From contig CAZGTC010000001.1 of NCBI GenBank assembly GCA_964528395.1, forward strand, positions 30,046 through 94,045: a DNA stretch of 64,000 nucleotides. The letters are read 5' to 3'. Both the position numbers and the translations under genes were made by a program. The notes under the pieces are model-generated. The model was given only the letters and a program-made list of their open reading frames with translations, was not told the DNA's origin and made no database searches. Positions 9,351 through 19,981 of this stretch are shown here, piece after piece. This DNA comes from an uncultured bacterium. Lineage in GTDB: Bacteria > Margulisbacteria > WOR-1 > CAZGTC01. The number at the start of each line of letters is the position of its first letter. The stretch's first letter is position 1.

Positions 9351-10226
9351 ATGAAAAACATTTTTATATTAGGGATGCTCTTTAATTTGATATTTTTAGT
9401 TAATTCGGCACTTGGACAAATGGACCATAGCGGACACCATGATCATGACCAGATGAAAAAGGAAGAAATGAAAATAGTAAAACTTTCTCCGCAGCAAATT
9501 AAACTAGCCAATGTCCAGTCAATGCCGCTGCAAAAGCATTTTTTATTTAAAGAAATCCGGGCAACCGGGCAAGTGGCCTATGATCCAGAGATGCAAATTG
9601 CGCAGCAGGAGTATTTTTCCGCGGACGAGCAGAATAAAGTATTAGTTTTGAACCGCTTAAAGCTTTTGGGAATTAGCCCGCAAGAATTAAAAAGAGGACA
9701 GCCAGATGATGCCTTGATTTTACCCGGCGAGCGGGCTTGGGTTTATGCGCATGTTTATGAATATGAAATAAACAGTATAAAAGTTGGACAGCGCGTCAAT
9801 ATTTTTGCCAGCCCAGATATAAATTTACAAGGCATCCTCCGTGCGATTGTCCCGATTTTGGAGAAAAAAACCAGGACTTATAAATTAAGAATAGAAGTAT
9901 TAAGCACGCAGAACAAATTAAATCCCAATATGTATGTTGATGCTTACATAAAAAATGATTTAGGAGTTATGCCTGCTATCCCCAAAACCGCGGTGCTTGT
10001 AACCGGAAACGAGCAGATTATTTATATCGATGAATTAAATGGCAGCTATGAAAAGAGGAATATTAAAGTAGGGCCCTTATCTTATACCATGATAAAGAAA
10101 GAAAAATATCCATATTATCCGGTTTATTCTGGAATTAATTTGGGAGAAAAAGTAGTTGTTAAAGCCAACTTTTTAATTGATTCCCAAAGCGAAATTACCG
10201 GGCCTTCAACTCCGCATGTCCATTGA
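9351..10226 (+). CDS. efflux RND periplasmic adaptor subunit
   Basis: 291 aa; signal peptide followed by His-rich stretch HSGHHDHDQM; lies between the OMP and RND pump genes. Confidence 0.75.
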   Translation: MKNIFILGMLFNLIFLVNSALGQMDHSGHHDHDQMKKEEMKIVKLSPQQIKLANVQSMPLQKHFLFKEIRATGQVAYDPEMQIAQQEYFSADEQNKVLVLNRLKLLGISPQELKRGQPDDALILPGERAWVYAHVYEYEINSIKVGQRVNIFASPDINLQGILRAIVPILEKKTRTYKLRIEVLSTQNKLNPNMYVDAYIKNDLGVMPAIPKTAVLVTGNEQIIYIDELNGSYEKRNIKVGPLSYTMIKKEKYPYYPVYSGINLGEKVVVKANFLIDSQSEITGPSTPHVH

Positions 10227-10247
10227 TTTTTATAGGAGAAAAAAATT

Positions 10248-13200
10248 ATGAATTCATTAATTGAATTAATCCTGCGGCGCAGGATTGTTTCTTTAATTTT
10301 CTTTATTTTTTTGGTCTTGTGGGGGATTTATGCCCTGCAGAATACGGCGATTGATGCTATTCCAGATATTGGCGAAAAGCAGATTATTGTTTTTAGCGAT
10401 TGGCCGGGACGGTCTCCAAAGGATATAGAAGATCAAATTACTTATCCTTTAACCAATGCCCTGCAGGGGGTTCCAGGCGTTAAAGTAATCCGTTCATCTT
10501 CAGCTTTTGGTTTTTCTATGATTTACATGATTTTTAATGACAATGTAGATTTTTATTTTGCGCGCTCGCGGGTTTTAGAGCGGTTAAACGTTGTCCAGAA
10601 AAGCTTGCCCGAAGGGGTGGTCCCAGCGCTCGGGCCAGATGCTACGGGCCTGGGCCAGATATTTTGGTATACCGTGGAGGGGGAGGGCTATGATTTAAGT
10701 AGGCTTCGCTCAATCCAGGATTGGTATGTGCGCTATCAATTAACTGCAGTAGAAGGGGTAGCAGAAGTCGCCTCGATTGGCGGGTTTGTTAAAGAATACC
10801 AAATTGACATTGATCCGAATAGATTGACGGCCCTGGATGTAAAGGCTTCTAATGTTATCATGGCAGTAAAAAATTCCAACCTTGATGTTGGAGCCCAGGT
10901 AATTGAAGATAATGACAGGGAACTTATTGTTAGGGGAAAAGGATTTGTAAAAACTCTAGCAGATATTGAAAACATTGTGGTAGCAGAAAGGCAAGGGATC
11001 CCGATTTATGTAAAAAATCTAGGCCAGGTCCAAGAGGGCCCTGCGTTTCGGCGCGGGACTTTGGATAAAGATGGAAAAGAAGCAGTCGGCGGGGTAGTTT
11101 TGATGCGTTTTTCCGAAAATCCTAGCCGCGTGATTCAAGGGGTAAAAGAAAGAATAAAGGAAATTGAGCCCGGCCTTCCCAATGGTGTAAAAATTGTGCC
11201 ATTTTATGACCGCACCGGATTAATTAATCGGACGATTGATACTTTGTCTTCAGCTTTAAGGCTAGAAATTTTAATTACAGTTTTTGTTATTTATATTTTT
11301 CTTTTAAATATCCCGGCAACTATCATTGTTTCGTTAATCTTGCCGATCGGGGTATTGGTTTCTTTTATTGGAATGTATTATTTTAAAATTGATGCGAATG
11401 TCATGTCCTTGGGCGGGATTGCAATTGCCATTGGCGCAATGGTGGATTACAGTATTATTGTTACAGAAAATGTGTACCGCCATCTAATCAAAAAAACAAA
11501 AGATGCTACGGTCATCCAAGCGGTTTTTGAAGCCGTAAAAGAGATGTCCTCCCCGCTTTTAACCGCGACCCTCACCACGATAGTTGGGTTTGTCCCTATT
11601 TTTGCGCTCAAAGGCGAAGAAGGTAAACTTTTTATTCCCTTGGCTTATACCAAGACTTTTGCCATGGCAGCAGCTGCTATTTTAAGTTTAACCCTGGTTC
11701 CAGTATTGGCTTCGTTTTTCTTAAAAGGGAAATTGCAGGATCCGGAAAAAAACTATGTTTCTTTTCATTTGCAGAATTCGTATAAAAAAATCCTGCTGTG
11801 GTTTTTGCCAAAGAAGAAATTGGTTGTAATAATAACTGTCTTAATTACAATTTTGGGATTTGCTATGGGAAGGTTCATCGGCCGCGAATTTATGCCGCCT
11901 TTGGATGAAGGAACCGTTTTATTCATGCCGGTCATGTCTCCAGCGGTTTCCTTAACTTATGCCAATGAAATTATGCAGGAACAGGATGCCATTATCCGCC
12001 AATTTCCAGAGGTTGAAAGCGTGGCAGGAAAATTAGGACGGGCAGAAACCGCGGTTGATCCAGCCAATATTGAAATGTTTGAAACCATAATAAACCTTAA
12101 ACCATCTTCTGTCTGGCGACGCGGCATGACTAAGGATAAATTAATCGCTGAAATGGATCAGGCGCTTCAAATTCCGGGAGTTTCCAATATTTGGACCCAG
12201 CCGATCATTAACCGCATTTCCATGCTGTCAACCGGGATTAGGACCAATGTCGGGGTAAAAATATTTGGCCCGGATTTGGAAACTTTGGGCCATTTAGCCA
12301 GAGAAGTGGCAGATGTGGTACGCCCGATCCAAGGAGCTAAGGATGTTTATGCAGAAAAAGTTACTGGCAAGCCTTATCTTGAAATTACGATTGATCGAGA
12401 AGCAGCTGCGCGTTATGGGATAAATGTTATGGATATCCAATCAGTTATTGAAATGGCAATTGGCGGAATGCCATTGAGCTACAGTGTCGAAGGAAGAGAG
12501 CGTTATCCGATCCGCGTCCGATATTCAAGGGCTTTGCGGGATAACGTAGAAAGCATAAAACGCTTGCTGGTAGCAGGAGAGGGAGGAATACAGGTTCCTC
12601 TAGCGCAAGTTGCTAATATTGAAACTGTATCTGGCCCTTCCATGATAAACAGTGAAGACGGCTTGCTTAGATCGTTTGTCTTGATGAACGTGCGTGACCG
12701 CGACATGGTGGGATTTGTTGAAGAAGCCTCAAAAGTAGTAGCGCAAAGAGTAAAGGTTCCCACCGGATATTTTATCCAATGGTCCGGCCAGTTTGAAAAC
12801 CAGGTTCGCGCCCGCAAACAATTGATGCTAGTTGTGCCCTTGGCATTTTTTATCATATTCGCAATTCTATATATTTCTTTGAATTCTTTTAAACAATTAT
12901 TTTTAATTTTCTTAGGGATTCCAGTTTCAATTGCCGGGGGATTAATTCTGCAATTTTTGCTTGGATTTAATTTTTCCGTGGCAGTATGGGTTGGTTATAT
13001 TGCGCTGGCGGGCATTGCAACCGATGGCGGGGTTATTATGATTGCGGTTTTAAACCATTTGTTTGAAAATACAGAAATAAAAAACAAAGAAGATTTGGCC
13101 CGGGTTGTTGTCGAAGGGGCAATGCTGCGGGTGCGCCCGATTATGATGACCGTAGCTACTACCATACTTGCTTTAATCCCAGTTATGTTTTCAACTGGGG

Positions 13201-13328
13201 CTGGATCCGAGATTATGCGGCCCATGGCCACCCCGCTGATTGGCGGATTATTCAGCGCTACTTTTCTTAATTTAATTGTGGTTCCGGTTTTGTATAGCTG
13301 GGTTTTACCCAATAGGAGAAAGGAATAA
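10248..13328 (+). CDS. heavy-metal efflux RND transporter permease (CusA/CzcA family)
   Basis: 1026 aa; 12-TM RND architecture with conserved AIGAMVD and GIATDGGVIM-like blocks. Confidence 0.9.
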   Translation: MNSLIELILRRRIVSLIFFIFLVLWGIYALQNTAIDAIPDIGEKQIIVFSDWPGRSPKDIEDQITYPLTNALQGVPGVKVIRSSSAFGFSMIYMIFNDNVDFYFARSRVLERLNVVQKSLPEGVVPALGPDATGLGQIFWYTVEGEGYDLSRLRSIQDWYVRYQLTAVEGVAEVASIGGFVKEYQIDIDPNRLTALDVKASNVIMAVKNSNLDVGAQVIEDNDRELIVRGKGFVKTLADIENIVVAERQGIPIYVKNLGQVQEGPAFRRGTLDKDGKEAVGGVVLMRFSENPSRVIQGVKERIKEIEPGLPNGVKIVPFYDRTGLINRTIDTLSSALRLEILITVFVIYIFLLNIPATIIVSLILPIGVLVSFIGMYYFKIDANVMSLGGIAIAIGAMVDYSIIVTENVYRHLIKKTKDATVIQAVFEAVKEMSSPLLTATLTTIVGFVPIFALKGEEGKLFIPLAYTKTFAMAAAAILSLTLVPVLASFFLKGKLQDPEKNYVSFHLQNSYKKILLWFLPKKKLVVIITVLITILGFAMGRFIGREFMPPLDEGTVLFMPVMSPAVSLTYANEIMQEQDAIIRQFPEVESVAGKLGRAETAVDPANIEMFETIINLKPSSVWRRGMTKDKLIAEMDQALQIPGVSNIWTQPIINRISMLSTGIRTNVGVKIFGPDLETLGHLAREVADVVRPIQGAKDVYAEKVTGKPYLEITIDREAAARYGINVMDIQSVIEMAIGGMPLSYSVEGRERYPIRVRYSRALRDNVESIKRLLVAGEGGIQVPLAQVANIETVSGPSMINSEDGLLRSFVLMNVRDRDMVGFVEEASKVVAQRVKVPTGYFIQWSGQFENQVRARKQLMLVVPLAFFIIFAILYISLNSFKQLFLIFLGIPVSIAGGLILQFLLGFNFSVAVWVGYIALAGIATDGGVIMIAVLNHLFENTEIKNKEDLARVVVEGAMLRVRPIMMTVATTILALIPVMFSTGAGSEIMRPMATPLIGGLFSATFLNLIVVPVLYSWVLPNRRKE

Positions 13329-13332
13329 AATT

Positions 13333-14385
13333 ATGGCAAAAGATCCTTCCCCAGAAACTTGTATGCATTGTAGTTCCAGCCAAACCACCTCTTGGTTTAA
13401 AAACAAGCTTTTTATTCTTTTAATCGCTTACTTGTTAATTTTTGGCTTAAGCCCTTTGGTTTCTTTTTTAGCCCCTTTAAGCCTAGCGCTTTCTATGTAT
13501 TTAAAACAAATCTTTGGAGCAATTATCTTAGGCCTTTTCTTGGGGGGAGTGATTGATTGGCTGATCCCAAGGGAATATGTTTCCAAATTACTGGCTGCTA
13601 AGAAAAAACGAACGATTATTTACGCTGTTGTAGCTGGTTTTCTAATGTCAGCTTGCAGCCATGGAATTTTGGCTTTAGCCATCCAGCTTTATAAAAAAGG
13701 CGCTTCTCCTCCTGCGGTGGTAGCTTTTCTTCTTTCTAGTCCCTGGGCGAATCTGCCGTTAACCATTTTAATGTTTGGTTTTTTTGGCACAAAAGCATTG
13801 CTAATCATTTTTTCTGCAGTGATTATTGCTTTAATCTCCGGATATATTTTCATGTTTTTTGAAAAAAAAGCCTTAATTGAACATAACCCTAATACAATTA
13901 TGGTTGATGATAAGTTTTCTATTTTAAGCGATGCTGGCGTACGGATAAAAAATATTCGTTTTACTTTAGACAGGATAGGATTAGGAGCAAGAGGAATTTG
14001 GAAAGGGAGCGTTTCACTTGCCAATATGGTGCTTTGGTGGATTTTGCTTGGGATTCTTTTGTCTAGCATTGTGGCAGCTTATCTGCCTTCTGGTTTTATG
14101 CAGCAGTATATGGGCCCAACTCTTTTGGGCTTGCTGGTTACTTTATTTTTAGCTATGATTATCGAGGTTTGTTCCGAAGGCAGCGCGCCTTTGTCCTTTG
14201 AGATCTTCCGCCAAACTGGGGCATTAGGAAACAGTTTTGTTTTTTTAATGGCCGGAGTAGTAACAGATTATACAGAAATTGGTTTAATCTGGACAAATAT
14301 AGGGTGGAGGACAGCAGTGCTTATGCCGATTGTAACAGTACCGCAAGTTTTGGTTTTGGGGTGGGTTTTTAATTTGGTGTTTTAA
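13333..14385 (+). CDS. predicted permease (DUF318/YraQ-like), Cys-rich N-terminus
   Basis: Multi-TM protein; start placed at ATG 13333 (RBS AGGAGAAAGG) rather than the track start 13276 inside cusA; N-terminal CMHCSSS. Confidence 0.55.
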   Translation: MAKDPSPETCMHCSSSQTTSWFKNKLFILLIAYLLIFGLSPLVSFLAPLSLALSMYLKQIFGAIILGLFLGGVIDWLIPREYVSKLLAAKKKRTIIYAVVAGFLMSACSHGILALAIQLYKKGASPPAVVAFLLSSPWANLPLTILMFGFFGTKALLIIFSAVIIALISGYIFMFFEKKALIEHNPNTIMVDDKFSILSDAGVRIKNIRFTLDRIGLGARGIWKGSVSLANMVLWWILLGILLSSIVAAYLPSGFMQQYMGPTLLGLLVTLFLAMIIEVCSEGSAPLSFEIFRQTGALGNSFVFLMAGVVTDYTEIGLIWTNIGWRTAVLMPIVTVPQVLVLGWVFNLVF

Positions 14386-14546
14386 AAATAATTAGAAAAG
14401 TAAAATAGGGTTACTGCCACCAGCGGGGTTCAGGGCCGAATTTATATTTTAAATTTAAGCCAAAAGAACCATCTGGGCTGAACCAGATTCCTCCTTCGAG
14501 GAAATCTCCATTTGGCATGACTCTGCCTGACCATAAGTATAAGCCG

Positions 14547-15224
14547 CTAAAAGTTATGGCAGGCTGGTTTTTTCATTGAGCTTGCCCTAGTTCTTAGATC
14601 GATATTGTATTCTGGAGTAAACCGTACTCTGAGGCTGTCCATAATAGGATTGGGAATCGCTGGAGTTTTTATAAAAGGGGCAATCGCAAGGTTTCTGGCC
14701 TCATTTTTTGGATCCCCAATATTTCTTGCTGTATAGTTCGATCTTAAAACAAAGTATTCATTTGGGCCAGCATAAACAAATTCATGGTTAATGTTTTGCT
14801 GCCACTTATTTTGTTCTACATTTTGTGCAAAGTCATATTGCATACGATAAAAAAACTGGTGATCTTGAATATTCACTTGCATTTGCGGTTCTATTTTATA
14901 AATATTACCAGTATGTTTTTGATTAAGAATATCTTTTGCCATGCCTTGCCTTTGGTTCTCATAGCCGCCGAGTATTAATAAACGAGCATGGGAAGTTTTT
15001 CTTTTGCTTTCTATGGCTAAATATCCCATTTCAATGTTGCTGGAGGTTAAAGTAAGGTTATTAACTGCAAATAGCTTTCCTTCCAATGGATTAAAACTTG
15101 TTTTAGAGGGGACTTTTTTAGGAGGAGTAAACGTTGGCTTCGCCTTTTTATTTTTTTCTTTAATTGGTTTACCTTTTACGGTTTTTAATCTAGGTTTTAA
15201 ATCAATTTTTGATAAATCCGTCAT
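14547..15224 (-). CDS. hypothetical protein (possible frameshifted gene extending to 14411)
   Basis: 225-aa ORF; a protein-like 52-codon open frame continues downstream in another frame. Confidence 0.4.
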   Translation of the reverse strand: MTDLSKIDLKPRLKTVKGKPIKEKNKKAKPTFTPPKKVPSKTSFNPLEGKLFAVNNLTLTSSNIEMGYLAIESKRKTSHARLLILGGYENQRQGMAKDILNQKHTGNIYKIEPQMQVNIQDHQFFYRMQYDFAQNVEQNKWQQNINHEFVYAGPNEYFVLRSNYTARNIGDPKNEARNLAIAPFIKTPAIPNPIMDSLRVRFTPEYNIDLRTRASSMKKPACHNF

Positions 15225-15557
15225 AAAAATTATTTCTTTTTATTCTATTTTGTATCCAACATATGAAACCTATAGAGCCCAGTCACCAGAATAAATTACC
15301 CTAGCCTCTACTTTTATTTTTTCTCCTTTCTCTTTGTTATCGTATCTCTCATAGCAAAATTTCACCTTTTCCAAGTTATTTTTCGATAATATGAGCGAAT
15401 TTTTGCAGATTAAAACAAACTAAATTGAGAGCCTTTTACTTCTATTTGCTATTATAAAAAATAAGGGGCTGATGAAAATGTCTGAAATTAAAGATTTAAT
15501 GATTATACTAAACTATAGTTGACTATAATTTAGTATTATGATAAAGTATGCTTTAAT

Positions 15558-16844
15558 ATGAATAAAGAAGCCCTAATTAATATTATCAATTTTTGGCAAA
15601 AAGCCGCGGATAAGGAACATCTTTTTCCCCGTTTGCTGCTTAATGCCATCAATTTAAAAGGCGATGAAATTATTGATTTAGTGGGGCCGCGCCGCAGCGG
15701 GAAATCTTCTTTGCTATATTTGATTATTAACCAGATAAAGTCTAAAGGAAATTATTTGTTTATTAATTTTGAAGACCCCTTTTTTATTGAGAATAATGGC
15801 CCGCAAGTGATAGAAGAATTAATTGATGTTTATAAGGAATATTATAATCCTAAGCTCAAATATTTATTTTTTGATGAGATGCAAAATATCAAAGACTGGG
15901 AAAAGGCCATACGGAAATTAGGCGACGGAACAAATTATAAGATCTTTATAACTGGTTCTTCGTCTAAATTATTGAGCCGGGAACTTTCTTCCCTTATTAC
16001 TGGACGGCACCTATCTTTTGAATTGTGGCCGCTTAAATTTAAGGAATATCTTTTATTTAAAGGATTATCTATAGATTCATATCGTGATTTTGCGCAGCAG
16101 AAGACTAAAATCTCCCGTTATTTTAATAAATATATGAAGCTGGGGGGATTTCCAAAAATTGTGCTTAAAGAAAACGAGGAATTGTTGAAACAATATTATT
16201 TGGATATCCTAGAAAAAGATATTATCAAGCATTATGACATTCGGCATAAGCAAATTATAGAAAAATTAGGGGTGTATCTTTTAAGCCAAGCGGGAAAGCT
16301 CTTATCGATTGCCTCTATTCAAAAAACATTTTGGATTTCTTTTGAGATTGCTTCAAATTATATTGATTATTTTAAAGAAGCTTTCCTCGTATTTGAGTTG
16401 CCGCAATTTTCTTATTCTTTAAAAACCCAACAAAAAGCGCAAAAAAAGATATTCGCAGTGGATACTGGGTTGGCCAATGCGGTTTCTTTTCGTTTCTCGG
16501 AAGATAAAGGAAGAATTTTTGAAAACACCGTTTTTATCCATTTAAAGCAAATGTATTCAGAGCTTTATTATTATAAAACAAAAAACAATTTGGAAGTTGA
16601 TTTTCTCTGTAAACAGAGTAAAAAAGTAGAACTTATCCAAGCATGTTTCGATCTTTATGATGAAAAAACAAAGGCTCGTGAAATAAGCGCGCTCGTAGAA
16701 GCAATGAAAGAATTAAAGCTTTCTTCCGGGATTATCCTAACTAATTCCACAAAAGATACGATTAAAATTAAAGGCGCCACGATTCATGTTTTTCCAGCTT
16801 TTGAATGGTTCCTTTTTAATTCTGAAAAACAATTAAAGGATTGA
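15558..16844 (+). CDS. AAA+ superfamily ATPase (COG1373/DUF4143 type)
   Basis: 428 aa; Walker A GPRRSGKSSL, Walker B-like LFFDEMQ; C-terminal DUF4143-like region. Confidence 0.75.
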   Translation: MNKEALINIINFWQKAADKEHLFPRLLLNAINLKGDEIIDLVGPRRSGKSSLLYLIINQIKSKGNYLFINFEDPFFIENNGPQVIEELIDVYKEYYNPKLKYLFFDEMQNIKDWEKAIRKLGDGTNYKIFITGSSSKLLSRELSSLITGRHLSFELWPLKFKEYLLFKGLSIDSYRDFAQQKTKISRYFNKYMKLGGFPKIVLKENEELLKQYYLDILEKDIIKHYDIRHKQIIEKLGVYLLSQAGKLLSIASIQKTFWISFEIASNYIDYFKEAFLVFELPQFSYSLKTQQKAQKKIFAVDTGLANAVSFRFSEDKGRIFENTVFIHLKQMYSELYYYKTKNNLEVDFLCKQSKKVELIQACFDLYDEKTKAREISALVEAMKELKLSSGIILTNSTKDTIKIKGATIHVFPAFEWFLFNSEKQLKD

Positions 16845-16885
16845 ATTTATGAATGGAATTAAAGATCTAAGCAGCCCTCAAGCAC

Positions 16886-16914
16886 TTGACATCAAATTTA
16901 TATTATGGTAATAA
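16886..16914 (+). promoter_or_regulatory. putative sigma70 promoter with overlapping palindrome
   Basis: TTGACA (16886-16891), 17-nt spacer, TAATAA; overlaps inverted repeat ttatggta...accataa and a repeated attatggtaataa. Confidence 0.4.
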
Positions 16915-16939
16915 TATACCATAATTATGGTAATAAATT

Positions 16940-17485
16940 ATGATATCTTTTAAATCTAAAATAGCGGTTAAAATATTGAATTACTTCTTCTTAAATCCGC
17001 AAGAAGAACGTTATATTAACGAACTGTCAAAAATTTTAAATGTAGACGTGAAAAATCTTCATTCTAAGCTTAAGGAGCTGGAAAAAGAAGGCCTTTTAAA
17101 AAGCGAATTTCGCGGAAACCAAAGATATTTTTATCTTAATAAAGATTTTCCATTATTGGAACACTACCGCCAGATTTTCTTAAAAACATCGGGAATTGAA
17201 TATAGGTTAAAGAATATAATTAAAAAGATAAAAGGAATGAAAAATGCTTATCTCTTTGGTTCCTATGCACAAAATACGATGGAAACCGAAAGTGATATAG
17301 ACTTGTTGGCAATTGGAGACCATTCTGTTTTAGAATTACAAAAAAAAATAGCTAAACTTCAGCATGAAATTAGTCGGGAGATAAATGTTGTTAATATGAG
17401 CGAAAAAGAGTATTTAGAAAAAAAGAAAAAGAAAGATCAGTTTGTTTTAAATATTTTTAAAGATAAAGTAATTAATTTATTATGA
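16940..17485 (+). CDS. HTH plus nucleotidyltransferase-domain protein
   Basis: 181 aa; NTase motif LFGSYAQNTMETESDIDLLAI; ATGA overlap with downstream HEPN gene. Confidence 0.7.
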   Translation: MISFKSKIAVKILNYFFLNPQEERYINELSKILNVDVKNLHSKLKELEKEGLLKSEFRGNQRYFYLNKDFPLLEHYRQIFLKTSGIEYRLKNIIKKIKGMKNAYLFGSYAQNTMETESDIDLLAIGDHSVLELQKKIAKLQHEISREINVVNMSEKEYLEKKKKKDQFVLNIFKDKVINLL

Positions 17486-17889
17486 TAAAGTTTGATAAAG
17501 ATTATTTTCAAAAAATAGAATTTTCACAAAAGCAGCTAGAACAGTTTTTAGATTCAGCTAAAAGAGATTTAATTATTGCTAAGCAATCTGATGTTCCGGA
17601 GGTAGTTTTTAAGTTTGCTTATGATGCTCTCTTGAAATTAGGCATATATGTGATTGCTAAACGCGGCTACAAAGTTAAGGCCCGTAGCGGACATCATGTA
17701 AAAATACTAGAAAAATTAGCTCAAATATTAAAGAATGACGACGTTTTTGTTTTAGGAAATAAAATGAGGCAGGATCGTAACTTAGGACTTTATTCTGGCG
17801 GAAGTCCTGCAACAGAAAAAGAATCTGATGAGTATTTAACATTTGTTGAAAAAGTTTTTTCTGATATTTTGGACAAAGGAGTTTTATGA
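17482..17889 (+). CDS. HEPN-domain protein
   Basis: 135 aa, helical; classic NTase-HEPN gene pairing with translational coupling. Confidence 0.6.
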   Translation: MIKFDKDYFQKIEFSQKQLEQFLDSAKRDLIIAKQSDVPEVVFKFAYDALLKLGIYVIAKRGYKVKARSGHHVKILEKLAQILKNDDVFVLGNKMRQDRNLGLYSGGSPATEKESDEYLTFVEKVFSDILDKGVL

Positions 17890-18800
17890 GTTTAATAAAA
17901 GACTTAATTATTATTGGGGGAGGGCCGGCGGGAATCACGGCGGCAATCTATGCAGCCCGCAAGCGCTTGAATTTTTGCCTGCTGACGCGGGAAGTGGGGG
18001 GGCAGACTGCTTGGACCAGCAATGTAGAAAATTACACCGGCTACCAAATTATTTCCGGGCCGGATCTGGTGAAAAAATTCTACGACCAGCTAAAAACTTA
18101 TAAAATTGATCTGCGAGAAGGGCAAGAGGTTAAGTCCGTTGGAAAGAATGCTGGTATTTTTACAGTAAAAACTGCAAAAGACGAGGAGCTTCAAACTAAG
18201 ACGATTGTACTGGCTTCGGGCAAATATCCTCGGCGCTTGGGAGTTCCAGGAGAAGCCAAATTTAGCAATAAAGGGGTAGCCATCTGCGCAACTTGCGATG
18301 GCCCGATGTTTGCGGATAAAAATGTGGCGATTATCGGCGGCGGCAATTCCGCCCTGGATGCAGCTTTACAAATGATAAAGATTGCTGCAAAAGTCTATTT
18401 GATTACAGTAAATGATGATTTGAAGGGCGATCCAGTAATGATAGAAAAAGTAAAAACTGCAGAAAATATGGAAATTTTAACCAAAACGAAAACATTGGAA
18501 ATCTTAGGAGATAAGTTTGTTAAAGCCATAAAAATTGAAGAAAAAGGCGGAATTAGAGACTTAGTGGTTGAGGGAATTTTTGTGGAAATTGGCCTTGTGC
18601 CTAATGCGAAATTTATTGATTTTTTGGAAAAAAATGATCAGGGTGAAATTATCGTAAATTGTTTTATGGAAACTTCGGAACCTGGGATTTTTGCAGCTGG
18701 AGATGTTACACAAGTACCGGATAAGCAGATTATTATTGCAGCTGGGGACGGAGCCAAGGCGTGTTTGAGAGCCTTTCGTTACTTGTCAACGCATAGATAA
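17886..18800 (+). CDS. trxB: thioredoxin-disulfide reductase-like FAD/NAD(P) oxidoreductase
   Basis: 304 aa; GGGPAG FAD motif, redox CATCDG, second GGGNSA NAD(P) motif. Confidence 0.75.
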   Translation: MSLIKDLIIIGGGPAGITAAIYAARKRLNFCLLTREVGGQTAWTSNVENYTGYQIISGPDLVKKFYDQLKTYKIDLREGQEVKSVGKNAGIFTVKTAKDEELQTKTIVLASGKYPRRLGVPGEAKFSNKGVAICATCDGPMFADKNVAIIGGGNSALDAALQMIKIAAKVYLITVNDDLKGDPVMIEKVKTAENMEILTKTKTLEILGDKFVKAIKIEEKGGIRDLVVEGIFVEIGLVPNAKFIDFLEKNDQGEIIVNCFMETSEPGIFAAGDVTQVPDKQIIIAAGDGAKACLRAFRYLSTHR

Positions 18801-18837
18801 AGTAATAAGAAATAAGTAGTAAGGAATAAGAATAAAA

Positions 18838-19584
18838 ATGATACTCTGGCTTTATACTCTGGTTGCAGTTTTGATTGTCAGCTTATTTTCTTTAATTGGA
18901 ATTTTCACCGTAGTTTTTCGGATCAAAGACCTAAAAAATATCCTGCTTTTTCTGGTGAGCTTATCTGCAGGGACTCTTTTGGGCGGGGCTTTTTTACATC
19001 TCATTCCAGAAGCTGCGGAAAACGGTTTTTCTCTGGGAGTAAGTTTAAACATTTTATCCGGGATTATGGTTTTTTTCATCTTAGAAAAAATTATTTGCTG
19101 GCGGCATTGCCATATCCCCACCTCCAAAACCCATCCCCATCCTTTGGCTGCCATGAATTTGGTGGGGGATGCTTTTCATAATTTTTTAGATGGCACCATT
19201 ATTGCCGGGAGTTTTCTAGTCAGTATTCCTTTGGGTATAAGTACGACTTTGGCCGTGGTTTTGCACGAGATTCCTCAAGAAATCGGGGATTTCGGGGTGT
19301 TGGTGCATAGCGGCTATAGCCGATTAAAGGCTTTGATGATGAATTTTATGGTAGCCTTAACTTCTGTGGCCGGAGCAGTTGGGGTTTTGCTTTTGAGTTC
19401 TCAATTCCAAAAAATTTCTTCTTTTTTGGTGCCTTTTACAGCTGGGGCGTTTATTTATATCGCGGCTTCGGATCTAATTCCAGAATTAAAGCTTAATACC
19501 CAGGCAAAGCATTCGCTAGTCCAGCTTATAGTGTTGGTGTTTGGCATGGGGCTGATGGGCCTGCTTTTGCTGTTAGGGCACTAG
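18838..19584 (+). CDS. ZIP-family metal cation transporter
   Basis: 248 aa; multi-TM; HEIPQEIGDFGVL signature. Confidence 0.8.
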   Translation: MILWLYTLVAVLIVSLFSLIGIFTVVFRIKDLKNILLFLVSLSAGTLLGGAFLHLIPEAAENGFSLGVSLNILSGIMVFFILEKIICWRHCHIPTSKTHPHPLAAMNLVGDAFHNFLDGTIIAGSFLVSIPLGISTTLAVVLHEIPQEIGDFGVLVHSGYSRLKALMMNFMVALTSVAGAVGVLLLSSQFQKISSFLVPFTAGAFIYIAASDLIPELKLNTQAKHSLVQLIVLVFGMGLMGLLLLLGH

Positions 19585-19600
19585 TTAGTCATATGACTAA
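19585..19600. promoter_or_regulatory. perfect 16-bp palindrome, candidate operator
   Basis: TTAGTCATATGACTAA immediately after the ZIP stop and ~50 nt upstream of a wHTH gene. Confidence 0.4.
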
Positions 19601-19651
19601 CAATATTAGTCGTTGTTTTTTCTGCTATTTATTGCTATACTTTTCTTTAAT

Positions 19652-19981
19652 ATGTTAAAAGCAATCTTAGATAATCCAATCAAAGAATGTATTCTTCTTA
19701 TTATTTTAGAGGAAAAAGAGGCTTATGCTCGTGAGATAGCTTTGAGGCTTAATAAGTATTTGCTCTCTATCCAAAAACAATTAAAAAAGTTGGAATACGG
19801 GGGCGTCTTATGCAGCAAATTGATGGGGAGAACAAGAATATATTCATTTAATCCAAGGTATCCTTTTTTAGCAGAATTGAAGGCTTTACTAAAAAGATCA
19901 ATTGATTTTATGAATACACAGGAAAAAGAAGCGCTTTTTGTTGGAAGAACCAGGCCGCGTCGATCAGGAAAGCCAATATGA
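19652..19981 (+). CDS. small winged-helix DNA-binding protein (putative antitoxin/regulator)
   Basis: Start moved to the first ATG (the track start at 19613 is TTG); ATGA overlap with the downstream NTase-like gene. Confidence 0.4.
   Translation: MLKAILDNPIKECILLIILEEKEAYAREIALRLNKYLLSIQKQLKKLEYGGVLCSKLMGRTRIYSFNPRYPFLAELKALLKRSIDFMNTQEKEALFVGRTRPRRSGKPI

Noticed and set aside
12995-13312. Minus-strand ORFs inside cusA (10736-10975, 12503-12856, 12995-13312)
   Set aside because: Antisense to the RND pump gene; hydrophobic mirror-frame artefacts
13276-13332. Upstream extension of the permease ORF (MWFRFCIAGFYPIGERNKI)
   Set aside because: Lies inside the cusA coding region in another frame; ATG 13333 has a proper RBS
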